DNA from: Dehalococcoidia bacterium
GTDB lineage: Bacteria; Chloroflexota; Dehalococcoidia; GIF9; UBA5629
Assembly: GCA_041653995.1 (NCBI GenBank)
Contig: JBAZEK010000001.1
Span: 1,184,747 to 1,248,746 of the forward strand
Direction of reading: 5' to 3'
DNA: 64,000 nt
Below, in pieces: positions 57,265-64,000 of this stretch. Positions within the stretch are counted from its first letter, which is position 1, and every line of letters starts with the position of its first letter. The position numbers were made by a program, and so were the translations under genes. Under the pieces are notes generated by a model. That model was given only the letters and a program-made list of their open reading frames with translations, was not told the origin of the DNA and made no database searches.

Positions 57265-58956
57265 TTACTTCTTGCTTTTTGACGCCTCTTCCTCCTGCAG
57301 AACCCTTCTCAGCACCTTGCCGACCATTGTCTTGGGCAGGTCGCTGCGGAACTCCACGAACTTGGGTATCTTGTAGGCGACCAGCTTCTCCTTGCACCAG
57401 GCCTGTATCTCCTCCGCCGTAGCCGTCTTACCGGCCTCCAGCACTACCCAGGCTTTCACAGCTTCACCCTGCTTGGCATCGGGAATACCGGCCACGCTGA
57501 CTTCCGCCACCGCTGGATGGCTGCTGATTACCTCCTCGACTTCCCTCGGCCATACCTGGAAGCCGCTGGGCTTGATCAGGTCCTTTTTACGCGATGTGAT
57601 GAAAACGTAACCGTCATCATCCATATAACCTACATCGCCCGTATAGAGACAGCCGTCACGCAGCATCTCTTTAGTCTCCTCAGGCCGGTTCCAGTACCCC
57701 TTCATCAGCTGCGGGGCCTGGAAAACGATCTCCCCCTCCTTGCCGGCTGGCATATCGCCTTCGCCGGTCTCAATGTCGCCGATCCTGATTATGACGTCCG
57801 GGAGCGGCATCCCCACAGACCCCTGCTTCCAGGTTCCGCGATAAGGCGTGCAGCAGCAGGCCATGGTAGACTCGGTCAACCCGTAGCCCTCAACGATACG
57901 GCCGCCGGTGAGGTCTTCGAAACGCTTCTTTGTCTCGTACAGCAACGGGGCTGCGCCGGAGTTGCAGCATTTCATTGAGCTGAAATCCACCTTACCTGTT
58001 TTGACTGCCGGATGCTCCAGCAACGCTATGAACATGGCAGGCACGGCGGGGAAGAACGAGGGCTTATCATGATTGATGGTAGCGACCACATCGTCGCGGT
58101 CGCGGGGATTGGGTACCAGAGACATCGCCGCATGCCCGACGATGGCCGTGCTCATGACCGCATACGTGGCGAACGAGTGGAAAAGCGGCAGCACCAGCAT
58201 CATCACATCTTTGTAAGGTTCGACTATCTCACCGAACCAGCTGCTGAATTGCAGACCTGTGATTACCTGCGAATGGTGCGTGCCCACTACACCCTTGGGT
58301 GTGCCTGTCGTCCCGCCGGAGAAAAGAATGAGGGCGTCGTCGCCCGGCAGCACTTTCACGTCGGGCCGTTTGGCTCCGGCCTGGGCTTTAATCAGGTCGG
58401 TCAGCCAGAAATCGCCGGGCTGCAACACGATGCGATGGCCTTCCTTTTTCTCTTTGACCAGTGTAAATAGAACCTTGAGTACGGGCGGAAGGTAATCCTT
58501 GATGCTGGTCGCTATAATCAGCTTCAGTTTGGTCCTCGACTGTAATTTCTTAACTGTATTGTAGAACAGGGTCAGCACCACTACAGTCTCTGCGCCGCAG
58601 TCCTTAAGGGCATGTTCGAGTTCGGACTCTGTATACATGGGGTTCATATGTACCAGGATAGCGCCCGCTTTCCAAGCGCCCCAACGGCAGATAATGGCTT
58701 GCGGGCAATTAGGCATGATCAGGGCTACGCGGTCTCCCTTTTTTACGCCTTTGGCTACCAGCGCAGCCGCAAATTCATCGCTGAGCTTCTGTATCTCAGC
58801 ATAGGACATCTTCCTCTTCTTAAAAAGAACCATGGGGTAATCGGGATGTTCTCTCACGGCATCATCCACATAATCTACAAGCGTCTTCTGGGGATAGGGT
58901 TCCAGCGTGGCCGGGACCCCTTTGTCATAGTTTTTTAACCATCTTTTGTCGGACAA
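57265..58956 (-). CDS. FadD-like acyl-CoA synthetase, paralog 5 (about 85% identical to paralog 4)
   Basis: MSDKRWLKNYDKGVP and the same motifs. TTG start with an AAGGAGG SD at -8. Confidence 0.85.
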   Translation of the reverse strand: MSDKRWLKNYDKGVPATLEPYPQKTLVDYVDDAVREHPDYPMVLFKKRKMSYAEIQKLSDEFAAALVAKGVKKGDRVALIMPNCPQAIICRWGAWKAGAILVHMNPMYTESELEHALKDCGAETVVVLTLFYNTVKKLQSRTKLKLIIATSIKDYLPPVLKVLFTLVKEKKEGHRIVLQPGDFWLTDLIKAQAGAKRPDVKVLPGDDALILFSGGTTGTPKGVVGTHHSQVITGLQFSSWFGEIVEPYKDVMMLVLPLFHSFATYAVMSTAIVGHAAMSLVPNPRDRDDVVATINHDKPSFFPAVPAMFIALLEHPAVKTGKVDFSSMKCCNSGAAPLLYETKKRFEDLTGGRIVEGYGLTESTMACCCTPYRGTWKQGSVGMPLPDVIIRIGDIETGEGDMPAGKEGEIVFQAPQLMKGYWNRPEETKEMLRDGCLYTGDVGYMDDDGYVFITSRKKDLIKPSGFQVWPREVEEVISSHPAVAEVSVAGIPDAKQGEAVKAWVVLEAGKTATAEEIQAWCKEKLVAYKIPKFVEFRSDLPKTMVGKVLRRVLQEEEASKSKK

Positions 58957-59019
58957 GATAAGAACCTCCTTAGATTTGTTATTATGATTAAGCTTTCAAC
59001 GCCTAATTACCTCGAAGTA

Positions 59020-60720
59020 CTACTTCGCCGCTTTTTGCCTTGCTATTTCCTCCTCAACCAGTACACGTTTCAGGATCTTGCCCACCAGTGTCTTGGGTAA
59101 CTCGGCCCTGAATTCCACGTGCTTGGGCACTTTATAGGCTGTTAGTTTCTCACGGCAATGCGCCTGTATCTCTTCAGCTGTCGCGGTCTCCCCCTGACGC
59201 AGCACGACCCAGGCCTTGACAGCCTCGACCTGGTAAGCGTCGGGGATACCCGCCACTCCTACTTCCGCTACCTTTGGATAGGTGCTGATACATTCCTCTA
59301 CCTCGCGCGGCCAGACCTGGAAGCCGCCGGGCTTGATCAATTCCTTCTTGCGCGACGTGATGAAGAGGCAACCTTCCTCGTTGAGATAGCCGATATCACC
59401 CGTGTACAGCCAACCATCGCGAATCATCTCCGCCGTGGCCTCCGGCCTGTTCCAGTAACCCACCATGATCTGCGGGCACCTGGCAACGATCTCACCCTCC
59501 GTCCCCAGCGGCATGTCTTTCTCACCGGTCTCAACGTCAACTATTCGCAGAATAACGTCCGGCAGGGGAATGCCGGCCGATCCGGGCGTCCACTTGCCCT
59601 CCACCGGGCCCAGGGTAATGGCCGCGGTCACCTCGGTCATGCCATAGCCCTCGATCAGCTTGCCGCCTGTCAATTCCTCAAAACGCCGCTTGGTCTCAGG
59701 CAGCAGCGGCGCCGCAGACGCCACGCAGAGCTTCATAGATTTAAAATCAACCTTGCCCGCCTTTACAAGCTTATGCTCCAGCAGTGCAATGAACATTGTA
59801 GGGACGGCAGGGAAGTATGCAGGTTTCACCTTGTTTATGGTCTTCACCACATCGTCACGATCTCGCGGGTTGGGGACAACTGCAAGTGTATTATGCCCCA
59901 TGATGGATGTGCCCATCACCCCGGCAAATCCATAAACATGGAAGAGCGGCATGATCATCATAACCACATCATCCCATTCCGTCAGAACACTATCGTTCCA
60001 GACCTTGAGCTGCCAGGCCTCTGCAACCAGGCATTTATGTGTGATGATTACACCCTTGGGAACGCCGGTAGTGCCTCCACTGAAAAGCAGCAGCGCAATA
60101 TCTTCGGATACAGGCTTGTGGTCAGGAATAGCATCACCGGCGTGCTTGCTCATGAGCTCGGCCATCCAGAGGTCGCCTGGCTGGAGAGTAATTCGGTGGC
60201 CTTCCTTCTTCTCCTTGAGCAGCGTAAACATAGTCGCAAGGAACGGCGGAAGATATTCCTTGATATTGGTGGCAATGACCAGCCTGAGATTTGTCTGCGG
60301 TTGTATCTTCTTGACCGTGGCATAAAAAGGTGTCAACACGATGGCAACCTCGGCCCCGCATTCCTTAATCGAGTGCTGTAATTCATGCTCGGTATACATC
60401 GGATTGAGCGGCACAGGTATAGCGCCGGCCTTCCAGGCTGCAAACGAGCTGATAAAGCCCTGCGGGCAGTTGGGCAGGAGTACGGCAACGCGGTCGCCTT
60501 TCTTAACTCCGTTAGCCTTGAGGGCAGCGGCAAACACCGAATAGAGCCTCACGAGCTCGCTGTAGCTGATGTTCCTGTCTTTGAAAATCATGAACCTGTG
60601 ATCGGGCCTCTTCTTGGCGGCCTCCTCAACCACGTCTAAAAAGGTGACCTGCGGGTATGGTTCCAGGCTGTGCGGCACCCCCGCATCATAGCTTTTAAAC
60701 CACTGATATGATTCTGTCAT
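59020..60720 (-). CDS. FadD-like acyl-CoA synthetase, paralog 6
   Basis: LFSGGTTGVPKGV, YGMTE, TGDIGYLNEEGC, GKILKRVL. ATG with a GGGAGG SD. Confidence 0.8.
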   Translation of the reverse strand: MTESYQWFKSYDAGVPHSLEPYPQVTFLDVVEEAAKKRPDHRFMIFKDRNISYSELVRLYSVFAAALKANGVKKGDRVAVLLPNCPQGFISSFAAWKAGAIPVPLNPMYTEHELQHSIKECGAEVAIVLTPFYATVKKIQPQTNLRLVIATNIKEYLPPFLATMFTLLKEKKEGHRITLQPGDLWMAELMSKHAGDAIPDHKPVSEDIALLLFSGGTTGVPKGVIITHKCLVAEAWQLKVWNDSVLTEWDDVVMMIMPLFHVYGFAGVMGTSIMGHNTLAVVPNPRDRDDVVKTINKVKPAYFPAVPTMFIALLEHKLVKAGKVDFKSMKLCVASAAPLLPETKRRFEELTGGKLIEGYGMTEVTAAITLGPVEGKWTPGSAGIPLPDVILRIVDVETGEKDMPLGTEGEIVARCPQIMVGYWNRPEATAEMIRDGWLYTGDIGYLNEEGCLFITSRKKELIKPGGFQVWPREVEECISTYPKVAEVGVAGIPDAYQVEAVKAWVVLRQGETATAEEIQAHCREKLTAYKVPKHVEFRAELPKTLVGKILKRVLVEEEIARQKAAK

Positions 60721-60756
60721 CAATTCAACCTCCCTGCATAATTATTACTGTGGCAG

Positions 60757-62463
60757 CTATGTGTGATTGGTTTCCCCTCCCTGTTTGCTTGTCTCTTCCT
60801 CGATCAATACCCTCCTCAGAATCTTGCCTATCTGGGTTTTAGGCAGATTAGTTTTAAACTCGATATATCGCGGCACCTTATAGGCCGACAGTTTGGATTT
60901 GCAGTGCTCCCTGAGCTCCTCCGCCGTACAGGTCATTCCTGCATTCAGCACCACCCACGCCTTCACTGCTTCGCCCTGGTACTGATCGGGCACTCCGGCC
61001 ACACTGGCCTCCATAACCGCCGGGTGCTCATGTAATATCTCCTCTACCTCGCGCGGCCAGACTTGAAAGCCGCTGGTCTTGATTATATCTTTCTTGCGGC
61101 TGTGCAAGAAGAGGTGACCATCGTTGTCCAGATAACCAATATCACCGGTATAAAGCCATCCATCCCTGAGCATATCGGCCGTTTCCTGCGGTCGCTTCCA
61201 GTAGCCCGCCATAAGATTCGGCGCCTTAAAACATATCTCGCCGAGCTCGCCGGCTTTCATATCGCCGCGGCCGGTCTCGGAATCCACTATCTTAATGACG
61301 ACATCGGGCAACGGCATGCCAACCGAGCCTTCCTTATTAACGCCCATAATAGGATTGAGCGTTGCGGCCTGCATGGTCTCCGTCATGGCATAGCCTTCCA
61401 GGAGCCGTCCGCCTGTCATATTCTCAAACTGTTTCTTCGTATCCGCCATAAGCGGGGCTGCACCCACAATGCATATCTTCATGCCCGACAGCTTTACCTT
61501 GCCCGATTTCACCAGAGGATGATTCATAATCGCGATATAAAACGTAGGAACGCCGGGCATGAAGGCCGGCTTATACTTTTGGATACTTTTAACCACATCG
61601 GTGACATCGCGTGGATTCGGGATAAGGATGCAGGAAGAACGGTTGATCATAGCCGTGCCCAGCGCGCCCGCACATCCAAAAACATGGAAGAGCGGCATAG
61701 TCAGGGCCACCCTGTCCTCCCATTTCTCCAGTACAGGACCGAGCCAGGCGTTAATCTGCATTGCAGTCATTATGAGGGCGCCGTGAGTACCCACGGCGCC
61801 CTTGGGAGTGCCGGTTGTACCACCGCTGAAAAGTATCACGGCCGCATCCTCCGGCCTGACTTCAATATCAGGCCTGGGATCGTTCTTATGTTGTCGCAGC
61901 AGCTCCTGAAACCACACATCCCCCTTTTGCAGGGAAATCCTGTAGCCCTCCTTCTTCTCCCTGGCCAGCGTGAAAAGCAGACCGAGATGCGCCGGCAGAT
62001 ATTCCTTGATACTGGTGGCGATAACGGTCCGGATAGTGGTATCGGCCTGAATATTCTTCACAGCCTGGTAAAAAGGATTAAGCACGATCACAGCAGAGGC
62101 GTCCACCTCGGTCAACGCATGCTTCAGCTCGTGTTCGGTATAAAGAGGATTGATAGGGACCGCTATTGCCCCTGCCTTCCAGATGCCCTGGAATGCCAGT
62201 ACCATCTGCGGTGAATTGGGAAGGAGCAGGGCTACACGCTCCCCCTTTTTTATTCCGAGAGCAACCAGGCCTGCGGCCAGGGCGTCGCTCTGCCGCACAA
62301 AGTCGTGATATAGAAGCCTGTGTCCTTTGAAATAGAACATGGCGCGGTAGGGTTTTGCTTTAGCCGACTCATCGACCACCTCGATCATGGTCGTTCCTGG
62401 ATAAGGCATAAGTGTGCGAGGCACACCTTCATCATAATTCTTAAACCAGGGGTAGTTATCCAT
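60757..62463 (-). CDS. FadD-like acyl-CoA synthetase, paralog 7 (first in the transcription direction)
   Basis: MDNYPWFKNYDEGVP, LFSGGTTGTPKGA, YAMTE, TGDIGYLDNDGH, GKILRRVL. Confidence 0.8.
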   Translation of the reverse strand: MDNYPWFKNYDEGVPRTLMPYPGTTMIEVVDESAKAKPYRAMFYFKGHRLLYHDFVRQSDALAAGLVALGIKKGERVALLLPNSPQMVLAFQGIWKAGAIAVPINPLYTEHELKHALTEVDASAVIVLNPFYQAVKNIQADTTIRTVIATSIKEYLPAHLGLLFTLAREKKEGYRISLQKGDVWFQELLRQHKNDPRPDIEVRPEDAAVILFSGGTTGTPKGAVGTHGALIMTAMQINAWLGPVLEKWEDRVALTMPLFHVFGCAGALGTAMINRSSCILIPNPRDVTDVVKSIQKYKPAFMPGVPTFYIAIMNHPLVKSGKVKLSGMKICIVGAAPLMADTKKQFENMTGGRLLEGYAMTETMQAATLNPIMGVNKEGSVGMPLPDVVIKIVDSETGRGDMKAGELGEICFKAPNLMAGYWKRPQETADMLRDGWLYTGDIGYLDNDGHLFLHSRKKDIIKTSGFQVWPREVEEILHEHPAVMEASVAGVPDQYQGEAVKAWVVLNAGMTCTAEELREHCKSKLSAYKVPRYIEFKTNLPKTQIGKILRRVLIEEETSKQGGETNHT

Positions 62464-62509
62464 TTCGACTCCGATCCGCATCATCAGCGGGCGAGGTGTT
62501 CCCGTTTAT

Positions 62510-62561
62510 GGTCAATCGTTAATTGACCGGTCAATTTTAACATAGTTACTCGTAAAGTCAA
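62510..62561 (-). promoter_or_regulatory. Candidate sigma70 promoter (minus strand: TTGACT-N16-TAAAAT). The predicted +1 falls inside a perfect 12-bp palindrome TTGACCGGTCAA (62523-62534), with further GTCAA half-sites nearby.
   Basis: Hexamers and palindrome read directly. Located about 60 nt upstream of the paralog-7 ATG, in the only sizable gap upstream of the ligase array. Confidence 0.5.
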
Positions 62562-62606
62562 ATTTGATAGCAGCATGGCAACGCGTTTGACAATCCGTAT
62601 GTCTAC

Positions 62607-63659
62607 TTATTTGGATACCGACTGCTGGCGCAATTGCCCGCAGGCCGCCTGTATGCCCGCGCCCTTTTGTTCCCGCTGTGTCACAGTTATACCGGATTGC
62701 TCAAGCACGCGGCGGAAAGACATGATGACAGACGCCTCGGGCTGCCTGTAATCGCTTCCCGGAACCTGGTTGAATGGAATGAGGTTTACATGGCAGTTCA
62801 GCCCTTTGAGCAGTGAGGACAGCGCGGCCGCCTCAGCAGGGCTGTCGTTAATCCCTTTGAGCAGGCAATACTCGAAGGTTACACGCCGGCCGGTATGGTT
62901 GCTGTAATGGTGGCAGGCTGCGATTATATCCTTCAGCAGGTAGCGCGACATACCCGGCACCAGCTTTCTGCGCAATCCGTCTGCGGCGGCATGCAGCGAG
63001 ACAGCCAGCGTAAGTTGCAGCCGCTCAGCGGCCAGACGGTATATGCCGGGAACATAACCGATCGTGCTCACTGTTATATTGCGCATCCCGACCTTGAGTT
63101 CATCGTTGATCAGGCGCACAGCAGCCAGTGTAGCATCGTAATTGAGCAGCGGCTCTCCCATTCCCATGAAGACAACGTGGCTGACCCTTCCGTCCGCAGC
63201 AAGTATCTTTTTACGTACGGCGGCCTCGCCCACGGTTAAAACCTGATCGACCATTTCACCCGCCGCAAGATTGCGTTTGAAACCTCCGGCGCCCGTGGCG
63301 CAGAATGCGCAACCGACCGGGCATCCGACCTGAGTGGATATACAGCAGGAGAATCGTTCCTCGTAAGACATGCCCACGGTCTCCACCAGCTCGCCGTAGT
63401 AAGGCGACAGCAGCAGCTTGTACGTGCCGTCCCTGCCTGTGCTGATCTCCTTGACAGAGGATCTCCCGACCGCCCACAACTGGTCCAGTTTTATCCTGAA
63501 CGGGACCGGGAGATCGGTCATGTCATTGACCTGCCGGCATCCGCGCCTGTAAATCCAATCGGCCACCTGTTTGCCGCGGAATTTCTTCTCCCCGAGTTCG
63601 GCCGCCAACTCTTTCAACTGGTCGCCATTAAGACCCAGTAACATTTTTTTCGACATCAT
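62607..63659 (-). CDS. rlmN: 23S rRNA/tRNA (adenine-C2)-methyltransferase RlmN (radical SAM)
   Basis: CAFCATG radical-SAM cluster motif. RlmN-like N-terminus (GKQVADWIYRRG) and C-terminal Cys (GIQAACGQL). Confidence 0.85.
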   Translation of the reverse strand: MMSKKMLLGLNGDQLKELAAELGEKKFRGKQVADWIYRRGCRQVNDMTDLPVPFRIKLDQLWAVGRSSVKEISTGRDGTYKLLLSPYYGELVETVGMSYEERFSCCISTQVGCPVGCAFCATGAGGFKRNLAAGEMVDQVLTVGEAAVRKKILAADGRVSHVVFMGMGEPLLNYDATLAAVRLINDELKVGMRNITVSTIGYVPGIYRLAAERLQLTLAVSLHAAADGLRRKLVPGMSRYLLKDIIAACHHYSNHTGRRVTFEYCLLKGINDSPAEAAALSSLLKGLNCHVNLIPFNQVPGSDYRQPEASVIMSFRRVLEQSGITVTQREQKGAGIQAACGQLRQQSVSK

Positions 63660-64000
63660 GTCTCTCCCTGACTACAACATTATGTAGCACCGTCAAGCAG
63701 GCTGCAAGCCGGGCTCAATACAGTTTGACCACCCCGCTTATTAGTAGTAGCATGAAATTGTGGGGCAGTCAGACAGAGTAGCCCCAAGGGAGGTCGGAAA
63801 TGGTCAAGAAACAGGCCATGTACGTAGAATGGCACTTTCCTCGAGAGTGCTCTCCCCTGCCGGAGGAGCAGAGATAGACTGCGGACGTGCAAAAGGGGAG
63901 AGCCAGTAAAACTCCTGAGCTCTCCGTTAAGTAGCAAAAAGGCTACGAAATATCAAGGATAAGGCACAGTATTGAGGCTTACCTCTGTGGGAGAGTAGGG

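Noticed and set aside
50439-62214. Long plus-strand ORFs inside the ligase array (for example 59158-60381 at 407 aa and 61063-62214 at 383 aa)
   Set aside because: They are antisense to strongly supported FadD-like genes. Their translations are Arg/His/Leu-rich with no motifs.
50280-62463. Ligase array as a mobile element or an assembly-collapsed repeat
   Set aside because: The paralogs are clearly divergent at protein level. There are no flanking transposase or integrase genes and no inverted or direct terminal repeats.
63760-64000. Possible RNase P RNA (a GAGGAAAGUGCC-like segment on the minus strand)
   Set aside because: The universal P4 sequence AGGAAAGUCCGGGCUCC is not present. The similarity is limited to a short GA-rich stretch.

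Overview
This 64-kb window is high-GC and reads as chromosomal DNA from an anaerobe. The phylum is uncertain; a large Bacillus-type SRP RNA, RRM proteins and HdrABC/MvhD/MetF point to an anaerobic Chloroflexi-, Firmicutes- or syntroph-like lineage. Housekeeping genes include ksgA, ispE, cca, thiL, tsaE, tsaB, ndk, rsfS, ftsH, metG, rsmI, rlmN, trxA and an SRP RNA. They are mixed with three accessory blocks. The first (1-12.3 kb, minus strand) is an electron-bifurcation-type cluster: mvhD, metF, two glutamate-synthase FMN-domain paralogs, a glutamine amidotransferase (GATase)+GXGXG fusion, hdrC, hdrB and a giant HdrA-like flavoprotein. That flavoprotein has two HdrA modules and an embedded GltD-like NAD(P)H domain, and it runs off the window start, so it is absent from the ORF track. 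The second (18.3-22.5 kb) is an extracytoplasmic thiol-disulfide cluster: trxA, ccdA and three TlpA/ResA-like redoxins, one of them a large double-redoxin with two FN3-like domains. The third, and most striking (50.3-62.5 kb), is seven tandem FadD-type acyl-CoA synthetase paralogs, all on the minus strand. A strong sigma70-like promoter overlaps a perfect TTGACCGGTCAA palindrome upstream of the first of them. Other notable items are a GatZ/KbaZ-PfkB fusion, a CoA-disulfide reductase with a rhodanese domain, a K+ channel with a non-canonical filter, and several small Cys-rich zinc-ribbon proteins. No CRISPR array, IS element, rRNA or tRNA was recognised.
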